From positions 620,001 to 684,000 of the forward strand of contig JAYWIR010000007.1 of NCBI GenBank assembly GCA_036172245.1: a stretch of DNA of 64,000 nt. The letters run 5' to 3'. A program made the position numbers and the translations under genes. The notes beneath the pieces were generated by a model. The model saw only the letters and a list, made by a program, of their open reading frames with translations. It had not been told where the DNA came from and made no database searches. This document shows positions 14,163-27,857 of the stretch, piece after piece. The stretch comes from Raillietiella orientalis (Eukaryota). Position 1 is the stretch's first letter. Each line of letters begins with the position of its first letter.

Positions 14163-17100
14163 AGTCGCATGCTGGCTGCTGCGAGCACGATTCTTTTTTA
14201 AGCAAAATCAATAACGATACGCGGGGGTCTCCTCCTGCAAAAGGCCGCACGGTGTCGGAAATGCGGATTCTCAAAGCCTGGGCTTCCGGATGGCTCTTTG
14301 GGCTTTGCCTCATCTTCTTCGATGCTGACGATTCCCGATCATGTCAGTGCGACATCAGGGTGTAACGAATCCGTGGGCTAGAGAGAGAGGTCTCAAGCTC
14401 CCCGCGGTCGCTGCCACAACCCCTGCAGCTGAAGGGCAGAGTTCCCCTTCGTCGCGAAAAATCGCCTTTCTCCGCACACACACTCACCTTCCCCAGTGGC
14501 ACGGCCGAGCAGACCCTGATCCACGAGCTGTGGGAGCGACTGGGCAGGGCAAGTCTGCCCTCGTCACTCTGCCGCGTGCTTCCAAGTTTAAGCGCTGCGC
14601 GATCCGGACCTACGCGTCCCGCCCCATGCGACTTCAGCTCGAGAGACTTCCAATATCTCTCGAACGCAGGCAAAAGTTTGGTACGAGAGACTGAGGCCTC
14701 AGGCTTCAGGACTCTCGGAGCTGAGGTTGGCTCTCATGGAGATCCCCCGAGAGAAGGAGGGAGTCCTTCGAAGCATGAGGAGCTGCATGGGGCATGAAGA
14801 TCCTGAGTTTCCTGTCAAAAGAATTCTCCCTGTTCCCCAGCTGGAAAGTAAATTTCGCTCGTGTGCCTTTTGCGGAGCTCGGGCATCTCTTCAATCTCGA
14901 AGAGCTTCTGGATCGCCGTTCCGTGCTGCAGGGAAAATCCAGCGGAAGCCGACGAGGAAAGGTTCTTGTTTGGAAAACGCTCCTGCACCGGTGACTCACT
15001 GTTGCGTTGCGAGGTGCGTAGCATCAGCGGAGCGAGGACTCTCGGTTGCGATGGACCCTGCGCTTCGTCGGATAGCAGCAGCAACCACGAAACATTGCCA
15101 ACGTTGCTCCTTCATTTCTTGGGTGGATTCTACGGAGTGCCGATAGGTCAGGCCTCATGCAGGGGTCGCTGCACTCTCCTGAGGAGCAAGTGGCTGCGGT
15201 TTTTTCTGCTCTCTCACTGAACGTTTCCTCTTGCGGGTCATCATAACTCTTCACGTCGCGGCAGAAGACAACAATCAACTGGAATTCTTACCGCAGTAGT
15301 TCAGCCTTGAGACATCCACACCGGGCGACGCCGAGTCAGCTGAGGCACCAAGGAAGAATTTTTCTCGGATGCTGTTGATTTCTCCCGTCCTCCGGATTCG
15401 ATGCCCCTCTTGCGAAGGGGTACATCTCCGGTCGACACCCTTTGCTGAAATGGCAGCTTTTTGGACCGGCACGGCTGAAGCCAAAAGAGATGGTCCTATA
15501 ACCAACCCTTCGACTGCCACCTACCGACCTTTCTCTTGAACCTGCAACTGCCTAGGGCTTGGTCTCAGGTGGTTGCAGTTTCTGCAGGAGCGGTGTCACC
15601 AGCGGTGTCACCGGGGGGACTCCCCTCGGCCTCGTCCACTCCTGGCTTTTTTTTCCTGGAAAATAGAAGTTTCACTGCGTCGTCCATCGGTCAGCAGCAG
15701 GTTTGCGTTTCCTCGCCCGGGAGGAGGAGAAAATGGTCTCGACTGCGCGGAACGCCTGCGGGGCGCTCAGAGTTGTTTCGACTGCTCGTGGTCCGCTGCG
15801 CCGAGGGACTGGTTTCCCTCTGCCACATGCTGGAACAAGGAGATCGTTCCCGGATTCTCCCGATGGTTCCAGGGCGTTCGTCGTAAACCGAAACCGTTTA
15901 CGGTTGGACGGGTTGCGCATACAGGGACGGGAGATGTGCAAACGCGGGGAGGGGAAGAGGAGGGATGTCCGCTCCATGGTGGCGTTTCGGGGAGGTCCGG
16001 TGTTGGCAGGGAGGCAGGCGGGGTCATGGGTGGCCGGTTTCAGCACTGCCTGGAGTTCTCCTTGTCTGTGGATCGAGAGGGGGGCAGTTCCGCTACTCCA
16101 TGCAATGTGGAGGAGGTCTCCAGGAAGTCCTCCTCCTTCCTCCATGCGTTGATCCTCCTCAGTAGGTGCCTAGGCTTGCACTGCACCGCGAGGGAAACAA
16201 GAATGCTGTGATCGACCACGAGGCAAGGAGGGAAAGGGGGGCGGAGGGGGCATGGCATGGAAGAATCACATCGAGAGATTCGTTTGGGTCGTTCATTGGA
16301 ACAGAGGTTCGCATCCGCCGCCAGTCTCCACCCTGGTCATAGGGCCGCGCATTCCAACAGGAGCTGGGGCGCAGACCGGGTGCAGGGTTGTGTTCTCCTT
16401 CACGAAATGAAGAGCGCAGTGCAACCGTTCCCTCTCAGACAGGCTCTGGACCGGAAGAATCCATGCGTGAGAACCTGGACTGCCGATTCTGGAAAACCGG
16501 AAGGAGGAAGAAAAGCTGACGCTCGCGTCGAACGCAACTTTGGTCGCTCCTGCTGCAGCTGTTCACTGTGAAGAACCAAAGGGTGGGGGGAGGGAGGAGG
16601 ACGAGGGAGATTTGCGATTGCGGAGGCGGGTCGGAGAGAAATTGCTTCGTCGCCGCTGTCTTCGCTTCCCTCGTTTCCACATCACCCCTCGCGCCGTGCT
16701 GCCGCTGGAAACGGGGTGCAACAGTTTCCTGGAAACGGCCCCTTTGTTCTGGAGGCGCGGGGGGGGCGCATTAATTTTGTAGAAGGAAGATGGAAGGAAT
16801 GGTCTGGTAGCTCTGGTTAGGCACTCGACTTCGCATGTGTCTGACGTAACACCTCCTTTTGTTTTCGAGATTCTCTCCCGCCGCTCCTGCAGGTGAAATA
16901 TGTGCCGGTCCGCGGTTGTCGGCAGGGTCGGCTGGCTCGAGTCGAAGCGTCGCCTGTCGATCCGAAGTTTCCTCGGAGATGTCGCTGTCGCGCGCCCTCT
17001 CTCCTTACATAGCCGGAAGGGGGCCCGGAAGGAAGCGCACCTTCCGAAAGCGTTCTGGAGGGCGTGCGCTTCGGCTGCTGCGGACCGGAGCAAGTCCGGT

Positions 17101-17902
17101 CTTCCGGTGCGCTGCTCGGCACTTCCCCGCTGGGGCAAAGTCCTTCGCATCCCCAGCGGCGGTGTGGTCTCCTCGCCCCTTTCTCTTGTCTCCCTGTATT
17201 TGCGCGTGCTCGCCGCCGCCGCTCCTCCCGTCCGAGAAGAGTCCTGCCTGCGAAGGGCACGCACGGACAGGACGGACGGAAGCCGCGCAGCTTCTCTTTG
17301 TCCGTTTGTTTGCTCTCGCATCTGTCTCCTGATTGGTCGGTTCGTGTCCCGCGAAGCTACGCCTCAGAGGGGGGGGGGAACCTTCTGGACTGTCGCGTGC
17401 GATTTACGTGCAAGGCTGCGCGGAGAGGGCGGTTGACGACGCCACGGACTTCGCACGTATAGGTGGGATTCCACTGACAGCCTGGCGTCCCACGACGGGC
17501 CGATCGCGCGGTCCCGGGCTAGAATGGGAAGCGAGAACCAGGAAGATTTATGAGAAACCGGGAGCTGCTCCTGACGTTGGTCCTCAAGGAAAAAGGATAA
17601 ACAGAAGAAAAAAACACGCATCGAACATCCCGAGTGCAAAGTTTGAGCGCTTGTGAAGGATTCCTCTTTCTTTCCCTCTTTTTTTTTTGAGGAATGGGGA
17701 GGGGAAGAGGGAAGAGTTTTAAGTTTGGCTGAACTTCAGGATGCACACGAAGGGTGTTTGAACGCTCTGGAGCTTTGCGGAGGGAGACACGCAAAACCCA
17801 CATTGCACTGAGGGAGCGGTGCTTCCGGACTTACAATGCACCCTTTCGATTGCCATCAGCCAAAGTTGGCGGCGTGACGAGCGCCAGAGAGACCCGGGTG
17901 GG

Positions 17903-20900
17903 ATGGAGGGGAAGGGAGGGGGGCGGACCCCTGCTGGAAGGCTCCTTCGCGAAGAACGGCTGCCGCCGACCGAGCTGCGCGTGAGTGACCGCTCCACCTT
18001 TGCCCTGGAGCAGGAAACTTTTTTCGTCCCTCTGATCGCTCCTGTCGTCGATCCCCGTGAACCCTTCTTCCCTGCCGCTCCAGACCCGGGACTTTTGGAC
18101 CCTCCTTCTGCCCATCTCCTCGGGGAAGGCTCTACTTGGGGTTGCGTCGTGATCTCCTCCACCTCTTTGGTCCGATCGGATACTGGGAAAGGAGGGGTGC
18201 ATGGGGAAGACAGGGTAGGGTATGGGAAGGCACGGGATCGCGCGCATCGGCGGAGGAGCACCCACTTAACCTGACTTCCAGCGTCTTCCAGCACGGGACG
18301 CTGGAAAAGGACGAGTCGGAGGAGAAGGCATCCTAGCGTCGGTTTCCCTGGCTGTCCACGAGGTAAACGCGCCGTCGCCCTTCGTCGCCGTCCGCGCAAG
18401 CGCCGCCGCCGGTAACCACAGAAACGGCTCCGCTTCGACGCGCGCTCCCGTGTGGGCCTTCGTACGCGGATCCCCCATCGTGCTTCCTTCCCTTTTTGAG
18501 TCGAAGAGTGGTGGCAGCTCCCTCTCAGGAAGACGTGCAAGGCAGAAGAACATCCGGAAGCCATCTCCAGCTATCCCCGGGGGGAACAGGGTAGGGTTCT
18601 CCCGACTCAGCGGCAGCGTCTTCCCTTCCGACGCAGGACCTGTCCTGCCCTCCTTTCTGTCCCCCTCCCGGCCGTCCGCTCGCGTTCCCTTGAGGCCGCT
18701 TCGGTCCTGCGCGCTTCCTCCCTGCTGCCGTTTTGCGCCGGCGGCGGTTTGCGCGTGCAATCCTTCAAGGAGGAGGAGGAGTAGCAGCTTCGTCTCAGGG
18801 AGCGGCCAGTAGAGAGGCGAATTTCCTACGGGCTCCCTTTTCTTTTCCCCTTCCCTCGTGCCGGAAGGTGGGGACATTCCGGGAAGTTTCCCGTTCGCCC
18901 TCGGATCCGGGACGATGGCGAGTTGGTGCGAGCCTCCTCCTCTCCTGGGAGATTGAGAGGAGGATGGAGGCGCCCCGATCGGGAACGTGCTTCCCTTCTC
19001 CACCCTCCTTCCTGAACTGATCCTGGAGTTGTTTCGTCCCATCCTCGATCCCCCTGAGTGCCGCCGCGGAAGTTGTGCGGCGAGGCAGGAGGAGGAGGAG
19101 GAGGAAGAGGAGATGAGGCACCCATGCTCCGTCTCAGTTCTATTCCTCTCCAGCCCGCTCTGCCAGGAGGACTGGCGAGTCTTCGACCGCGCCTCACCTC
19201 CTTCTCCCCCATCCCCTTCCTTAGGAACGGAGTCGGCTCTCGCGGGAACTTCGAGCCCGTCCAATGACCGCCACGCCTGGGCGCAAAGCTGCCGCTGGCA
19301 TTTTGCCCTCTTTCCTCCTTTGCACATCGCGGCGGGGTCCTGGGGGAAGAGAGGAGGCAGGGAACGAGGGATACGTTGACACGGGAATTGGCCGAAAAAA
19401 AGCCTACTTAGCTCTGCCTGGGCCGTAGGTCCGGTGTTCGGGGTTCCTCTGCTGCTACGGGGATGGAGAGATGACGCTCTACGTGGAGCTTCTAGGGTGC
19501 AGCTTTCAGACTCTCCCTGTTCCCCCGCGGTTCCCGCTGCTCTTCAACGAGACGTTCAGGGTCACGAAGGTAAGTCTCTGCATCCTTCAGCGGAGAGAGG
19601 GAAAGGAAGGCGAGATCCGACGAGCACGGTATGAGCGTGCCCTGAGGAGAGGAAGGGCGGACTCCTTTTCTTCCTCCCTCTTTCACCTCGTCCCTCCCAA
19701 CCACTCCTTGAGAGGCGAAAGTGCCCCTGAGCCTCCGAGGAGTGAGAGCTTATCTCCCCTCTCCCTGCCCCACAGAGGAGGAGGGAGGAGGATTTCGTCT
19801 CTTCCTCCCCTTTCGTCCTTTTCCTGGCCGTCCCTTAGGGGCCTGGGCGCTCACCGGTGCCCCTCGCAGTCCCTTTGCCCTCCTCCCTCGCTCCTGGCTG
19901 GAAGGGGCTTCGGACCATAGTTTCCCTCTGGTGTCTCCCAGGTGGTGAGGGCGGGCGGCTCCTCCGGCGCCGTAAGCGCGCTGCTCTCCTGCCCTTGCAA
20001 GCTGGAGCTCCGGCACCACCGCCGCAGCGGCAGGACGGTGGTCCTGGCCCGCCACCAGACGACGGGAGCGAGGCTCTTGAAACTCCGCGGGATGAGGGAA
20101 ACCAGGACCGACGACAAGGTCGCGCTGCACCAGATCACCTTCTTCTACCAGGTACGTGAATTGTCGGAAGACCACGGATCACGCCTCTTCCCCCCCTCCC
20201 TCAAGGGTCTCTCCACGCCTTGGGTCTACTACTCAGCCGCCACGAAGTTGCTCAGGGTCAGAGGAAGGCGCAGGACCTTTACAGGAGCGGAGGACTCTCT
20301 TGTGCAACTGCAGGTTGGATCTTCCCCTTCTGATTGTCCGAGGGGGGTGAGGGGTGCGCGCCTCCCTCCGTACCTATCTTCGCCGCTCATCCTTGCACCT
20401 TCCCTCACTCCCCCTCGTTCTTGCGGATTCCCGTGACGCGCCAGCTGGCTCTCCAAGAGCGAGGGTGGCGGTGGCTGCCGCCTCTTTCCTCTCCCTTTCC
20501 TTCTCCAGCGCACTTTGAGCTCCGCTTTCCCCCCTGCCTGTCTCCTCCCGTCGTCCCCACGAGCCACGGGAGCTGCTACGCGACTAACTCCCTTTGCAAG
20601 CGGCGCTCCGGCCCTGGTCGATCTCCCGCCACCTCGATCGTCTTCCTTGGAGACTGGTCCTGCCGTTCTTTCGCCTTGAGACGCAGGGAAAGGGTGGGAT
20701 CCGGGTGGGCTCCCCCGGATGACTCCTTCTCCTTCCAGAAAGCGGAAGCGACGGCGCCCGATTCCGGGAACGACATCTCTCCTGACCAAATTGCCTCCAC
20801 CCTTGGGTCGAGCAGGTCAGTGCGCCCCGCGCCAGGGCGGGTCGGACGACCCCTCCGGGGGGTCGATCCATGGCCCCTTTTCGTCCTCTCCGGAAGGATT

Positions 20901-21539
20901 GGTGGACAGAAGAGGTGCGGCTGCCTGCTGGCGACCTCCCTTTCTGGCTCCCTCGTCCCCTCCGGCCTCTCCTCCACCGGAGAGATGGCGCCTTTCTCGG
21001 TCCATCCCGACAGAACTTTCCCAGGACGGAAACGCCTCATCCGGCGCACCCCATTCTTCCGGAGGCTGTCTCACCCCCGCCCTCCGGAATAGTGCTAAGA
21101 AATCCGTGCTTATGGATCTCCTATCCCGGAACGAAGCTTGGAGGCAGCAGAGAAACCGCGGCGAGGTCAGTCGCATCCGCGCTCGCGCTCGGCCCTCCTC
21201 CCCCTGGGCTGCATCTCCTCAGGTGGCGGTCTCCGGGGGCCGCCGCGCTGCGTCCCTCGACCGGAGGGGGGAGCTCGGGAGAACGGGGAGCAAAGAAAGG
21301 AAAGAGATGGGTTCCCCCACGCCCCACGTGTCCCTTTCCTTTGCAGGTCGCCCACGCGGGAGGAACTTGGACTGCGTGGTGGCGGCGGTCCCGAGTCCTC
21401 GGCGGACGCGCGCTTCCAGGAGTGGTACGCGTACTTCAAGGCGCAGCTGGAGCAGCGGCTGCTGGCGTCCCTGGAGGAGCTCTCCCTCGTTCGAAGGGTG
21501 GCCTCCTCGCAGCAGGGGAGCCCCCGGGAGGCGCAATAA
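17903..21539 (+). CDS. SPATA6-domain protein (spliced; exons ~17903-17980, 18282-18362, 19429-19569, 19942-20151, 20739-20815, 21347-21539)
   Basis: GT-AG exons are phase-compatible and join to ...ILASVSLAVHE|VRCSGFLCCYGDGEMTLYVELLGCSFQTLPVPPRFPLLFNETFRVTK|VVRAGGSSGAVSALLSCPCKLELRHH...VLARHQTTGARLL. This resembles the SPATA6 N-terminal domain (V.CPG...L.+.+ G....T..VP..FPL+FN....F.K). The first exon and any exon between 20151 and 20739 are uncertain. Confidence 0.6.
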
Positions 21540-24500
21540 AAGGTGTCCTCTTTGCCTTCTCCGCGCCCTCTCTGCTCTCCCGGGTGCCTGGGGAACCTGC
21601 ACGGGGGGGCAACAGGGAGGCAGGGAGCGAGAGCCGCCGTCTTGCGGCCTCTTCGGAAGGGGAGCAAGTCGAGGAGTAGGAGGGAACCCTTGCCGTCGCC
21701 CCTTGTCCTTTCCCGAGGGACCGCCGCTCGCCTTCTCTCACTCTCGCTCTTCACACCGTCCCCGTCCGAGGGCAAGAGAGATTGGATCCCCTCCCCCTCT
21801 TCCCCCGCTGCCTGCCGGTGGATTTTCTTCTTCTTCCTTGAAGAGTCCTGTCTCCGCAGCAGAAGCCTCCCCTAAGGGCGGCGGATTCGCTTTCGAATTG
21901 TCGAGGCGGGAAAAGCGAAAGTAGAGGCACGACGCCCCGTTCTGTTCCGACGCCCGAGCCTGCGGTCCTCTACAGCGTCAGTTTCTTCTCCGGGTCATGC
22001 GCCCCTTTCACACCCTCCCCGCTCTGCCCTCTCGAGGTGGAGAGAGCACGTGAGGATCTCGGGGGAAGAGGAGAAGCGGGGTGACCTTCCTCTTCGAAAG
22101 ACGCTCCTCCTCGTGGGAGAGGGAACCAGGTTTTCAGGGGGACCTCGACCGAGGTAACCAGCCCGTCTCAAATTCCATACACCATCTCCATTTTCTCTGG
22201 CCGCCCTCCCTCAGCTGCTTCCTCCATTCGCTCTCAGAGACCCCGCTGCCCCATCCTGGAGGAGCTGTGCGGGCAGCTCGTGACTCCATAAAAGAAAGAC
22301 CGGACTTTCTCCGACCACCTGCCTATTTCCCGCCGTTGCCTCGGCGGCCGGAGCCATCTCCGGCCGCGCACCTCCCTGCCTCTCTAAAAGGCTTAAGGAG
22401 TGAGCGCAAGAAGGAAGGAAGCGGAGCGCGGGGAGCAGAGAAGAGCAAGAGGGTGAAAGCCCTCCCATTCGGCGCCCTCTCCACTTCTCCCTTTTAGGGT
22501 CATTCGTTTGAGGGGGAAGGGGAAAGGGAAGGAAGGGGAGCAGGAGGAGACATCCCAGACGGACTTTAGCAAAGGGATTCCCTTCGAGCCTTTGCTGCAG
22601 AGGTGGGCAGGGGTGAGCGAAGCAGCATGCTTGTCGCCGCAGTCCCCTTTCTCCCCGTCCGCTCCTTCGAAGAACTCTTGGTGGGAAGTCCGTTTGTGTG
22701 GAGCGATCGCGCGCACCGAACTCCCGGTGGAGGCACCTCGGCATCCTTTTCCCCGTCCCCACACAACAGGTCGAACACGGCTCCTCCATGACTTTTTCGG
22801 TCCTCCTTCGAAACAGGGGACGGTTTGGTCCCTAGAGGACGGGACTGGCCCTTTGAGACGGCGGCCTCACAGCAGGGCCATGCAACCGGACGGAATCAAC
22901 GTGTCATCGCTCCCCTTCCCGGGATCCTGGAAGTTTCTCAAGGAGGCTCTCGGATCAACGAAAAGGAAGGAGGCGTTCCGGTCTTCCGTTCATTCATTCT
23001 TCTTCTGATCTTCACCTCTCAGGCTGGGTCAGCATGCTCTAGCGATGGAAATGTGCTGATGCGCTGACGTTGGCAAGGAGTTGCTTTCTTGTGGCCCTAC
23101 TCGATCTGAGGTGCTTCCCTGTACAAAAGAACTCGTCTTCTCTTTCCTTCTCCCTTTTCTCCCTCGACCCTCATAATCGTTTTTTTGGAGTTTCCGGGAG
23201 CTTCTTCCACGGTTGGAATTCTCGGGGAAGGGAAGGAGGGCATCGGTGTATTTGGGATTATATGATAGCTTTGCGCCTATCAAGAGTGCCGGAGTAGGCG
23301 CGGATGGGAAGAGGAAGGGGTGAGAAGAGGTAGTGGCGGTCATCTCTTCGTCCTCGTCTTAAGAAACGGAGGAATGGAGGAAAAAGACGGGCAAGAGCAG
23401 CAATAACGAAGCCTCTGAGGGGAAGGAAGGGAGAGTGAATGAAAAATTACAGCAACATCAAGTCGGCAAACTTACTTTCCCAGACTCCACTCCACCTAAC
23501 AGACAGTTTCAGAGAGCCTGGCATCCTTCCATCACCATCACAAAAGGCTGCAGCAGTTGCGAAGCTCAGCCGAAGGAATCGGTCGAAGGTGCTTCCTTCC
23601 TATGCAGCCAAAGGATTATATCGATACGGCAGTTGTGTTCCGATAAGAGGAAGGGATGAGATGAGCCGAGAAAGCCGCGATGAAACTTCCTAGATAAGGC
23701 GCGTTTACATTTCTGGAAGAATAGCAACCGTGATCTTGCATATTGAGGTTCCTCTCTCATTCGTTCGTGGTTGATCTATACTCATCTAAAGGAAGCAATT
23801 TTCACACACAGAAGATGGAATCTAGAAGTCATAATACTTGTTCTCTAACGGTTTTCTTACAAGTGACTATAAAAAAAAAAGGGATTGTGCTATATGACTT
23901 TCTCTAAGATTAGCAATTTCGGCTTTGGAACAATATTGGAGCAATCCTGTTCTGCAAAAGTTCAGAACGATATATAAATAGCTCGAATCGAAGCAATGTT
24001 ATCCTAGTACTATGACTGCGGAATTTCTGGAGTCTGTGTAAACTGATTAAGAATGTGATGTTTTTGACTCTTTTACTCTGATCTTATTGCAGATGAAGAA
24101 ATCAAACAAGTTTGTGAAACGGATTGTTTGAACAGCTCCGCAGTAGTTCTGATTTGTTCCGTTAGCATTATAAGTAAAAAGTAGTAACCAGAAGTAACAA
24201 GTCGTGGCTGAAAAACAAGTTCTTCCTCGCAAATACTCAACCGCAAATTCATAATAATTTTTCCTCAATTGTCATAACAAGAGGAGGTTCCTTTTTTTGG
24301 AAAATAAATACAATAAAGATCTTTATGCTTGCCTCTAAAAATCCATGAAAATTCGGTCTTTTTTTTTTTTTACCTGCTGAGGCAAGGCGATGTTTTCCTT
24401 TTTGCACATAGGCTTCATTACAAAACCTCCTGGTACAGATCCATGCCACACATATACATAATGGAGATACGCAATTGTAGGGTCCTTATTCCACTAATAG

Positions 24501-25455
24501 ATTTTCATGTAGCTTGAAAACATTGATTGGATTCCGTTTGGGACAAACCGCCGAATAGAGTCGAGACGAACCTGCCATTCATTGGCTCATATTTAGAAGC
24601 CTCACGACTATTAAATTCCCTAATATCAACTGCTTTTTACTGTTGAAATACGTACAAACTTCATTCTTTGAAAATAATGAAAAACCTAGAAACTTTATTT
24701 ATGGCTACACTTAAAAACAAGGAGAGCAAAAACTTCTGTGAATGCCAAAGATTCGCTCGAGATTCATATTCGTCAGAGTAGAATTATCGGGTGATCTTGG
24801 AGAATTACAGGTTTCATCCTAAAACAGAGACCATCGAAATGAATTTAATACATTCTTCAATTAACTACGGGTTTGCTTCAGTAGCACAGAATGCATCGTG
24901 AATTTTGTGTAACACTTAAGGAAAAGGCTGCAAAAATAATTTCTAATTGAAGAATGGCTTTCGAGAAACTTTTGAAAGCCATGGATATGGAGATCCATGG
25001 TTGCTAAAAAAGACTTCAGGGGGAGGGGAGAGGTTCCGAGATGCAGCGGTCGAGAAATACGGTTATGCTACTGCACAAATAATTGAAGAATACTATAAAT
25101 CAAGAACTACAAATTGATAAGGAAAGTTTTCACTCTCGGAACGTTAACCTTGAAAGACTTCCGCGAATATTTTTCCTTTTGCTAATTTTGTTCACACAAA
25201 ATATTTTCGGTATGGCTGCACTGTATGGTAAAGAATTCTTCCCGTAGATCATCACGATTGGTGCAGGAACTGCGGATTTTAGCAACATGCTTTCCGCTCA
25301 CATGTTAATTCTTGTGCAACGTGCTTCTTGTGCTATTCCGAAGATTTGTGTAAACCTTCAACGGCTTCATTATCACGGTTATTATTGAACTTGTCTAGCA
25401 CTTGAAAGAAAGGAAGGCATTTGACATTTTTTGATTACGTGCAACACACACAAGA

Positions 25456-27846
25456 ATGAAAGTTACAAAGACACGTAAGGATAATTCAGACTCGAAGACT
25501 CCGGTCAAAAACAACACTATGAAGAATTTGAAAACGGGTACATCATCTGAATATCAAGTGGACTCTTCTGATGAAGAGGTTTGTGAAAGCAGAGTTTTTT
25601 TTTTTCGAGCTTACCAATTCTATGTGTTAGGATGCCAGGGATCCCGTCGGGAACATTCCCTTGGAGTGGTATAAGGATTACAAGCATGTTGGTTACAATT
25701 TAGATGGAAAAAGGATTCTCAAAGTCAGTAAAGGGGATCGGTTGGATTATTTCTTAAAAAAAATGGAAGATCCTCGTTTCTGGTAAAGTTGATGTTTATT
25801 TACCTGGAAAGGGGGGCATTCAAACTTCAACAGGAGGACTGTTGAAGATAGATTGACGGGACAAGATGTTATTCTTACTGATGAGGATTTGGGCATCATC
25901 AGAAACTTGCAGAAGAACTATGTGCCAGATTTGAGGTACAATCCATATGAGGTATGAATTTAACTTAATTTGAATGTTACTGCGCAAGTATGTGTGGTGT
26001 AGTGCCTTGCTTTTTATGCTTTGTAGCCATGGGTAGATTTTTTTACACATGAAGTCATGCAAATGCCTGTGACTGCACGCCCACCAGTGAAGGCTGAGTT
26101 TGTACCCAGTATTTGGGAGAGACGCAAAATAGGCCGAATGGTGCATTCCATTCAAATGGGACGCATGAAACCTACCCAACCTAAGAAAACTGAGGATCCC
26201 AAGTAAGAAATGATTTCATGGTCAATGGCACTTTCTAAGCAAAGCTAGGTTTTATTTACTTTGGGATGATGATAAACCACTTCGACAGATTCAGGATTAT
26301 CTCCCTGCTCCTAAAATGGCTTTGCCAGGGAATGCTGAATCTTACAACCCTCCTGAAGAATACCTTTTCACACCTAATGAGGTAAATAACTTAATGTACT
26401 CTGCCAGAATCTTTCCTAAATTTGTATAGCTGGATAAGTGGAACTCCTTGAAACAGGAACCTTGGAAACGAAAACTGCCATTTATACCACAGAAATATTC
26501 GAGCCTTTTGCAAGTGCCTTATTATGACAAATTCACCAATGAGCGCTTTCAACGCTGCATGGATCTGTACTTGTGTCCACGTTCTCAGAAGATGAGGGTG
26601 AATACTGTTGTAGTAAAGTCAGCCAAATCAATCAAATACTTTCCAGCTAACTATACAACCTGAAGATCTTGTTCCCCACCTTCCAAAGCCTAGTGAACTG
26701 CAGCCCTTTCCCACATTTGAGGCTTTACAGTACCTTGGTCACACTGATATTGTGCGCACAATCTCAGTGGAGCCACTAGGACAGTTTTTAGCTTCAGGGT
26801 CTGATGATGGCACAGTTAGAATATGGGAACTAAGCACTGCTCGTTGCCTCTCTACTGTACATATAGGAGAGACAATCCACTGTGTGGCCTGGTGCCCTAA
26901 TAAAGCCATCAGTTTGGTGGCCATAGCATCTGGTGAAATGTGTTTGCTAATTAATCCTAGTGCAGGAGATACAGCAGTGATAAATTCCACTGATATGGTG
27001 CTTCAGCAGTTATGGAACAGTAAAGCTGCATCTAAATTGTCTGGTGAGATGGGCATGGTGGAATGGCAGCAACCTTCCCCTGCTAACTGGAAACATGGGT
27101 GGCGTGTCATTTTGAAACATTCCAAACCTGTTCGCAAAGTGTCCTGGCATGTTAAAGGCGACTATCTGACTACAGTTATGCCTGATGGGCAAAGTCGAGC
27201 AGTTGCAATTCATCAACTTTCAAAACAATGCTCTCAAACTCCATTTAGCCACTGCAAGGGTCAAATTCAGCTTGGAACATTTCATCCTAGTCGTCCTCTT
27301 TTCTTTGTTGCTGTAAGTATTAATTCTTGAGGAGATTTTACTGTTTTATAGACTCAGCGTTTTGTGAAAGTCTATAACTTGGTGAAGCAACAACTGGTCA
27401 AAAAGCTTAATGTGGGCACTAACTGGATCTCCAGTTTAGCAGTCCATCCAGGAGGAGACAATGTGATTGTAGGTACATATGACAAAAAACTGATATGGTT
27501 TGATATGGACTTGGCTACTCGTCCATATCAAACTCTGCGACATCACAAGCAAGCTATACGACAAGTTGCCTTTCATCGGCACTATCCTTTATTTGCTTCA
27601 GCTTCCGATGATGGTACTGTGATTGTGGGTCATGGGATGGTATACAGGTAATCCAAATAGCTAACCAGAATGCTTCTCACATGTAAACTTAGTGACTTGC
27701 TCCAGAATCCACTCATTGTACCAGTGAAAGTTTTACGCACACATCAAACTAGGAATGGTTTGGGTGTATTTGACTGTTGTTTCCATCCCTCACAGCCATG
27801 GTTGCTATCATGTGGAGCTGATAACTCCATTCGTCTGTACACTTGA
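25456..27846 (+). CDS. BOP1: Ribosome biogenesis protein BOP1/Erb1 (exons 25456-25578, 25631-25782, 25834-25951, 26027-26202, 26249-26381, 26430-26597, 26647-27312, 27352-27647, 27693-27846)
   Basis: The spliced translation gives [79 protein letters not shown]40 repeats ([22 protein letters not shown]) and the C-terminal [14 protein letters not shown]...[21 protein letters not shown]. All introns are GT-AG and in phase. Confidence 0.97.
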
Positions 27847-27857
27847 GTCTCCAAGTT

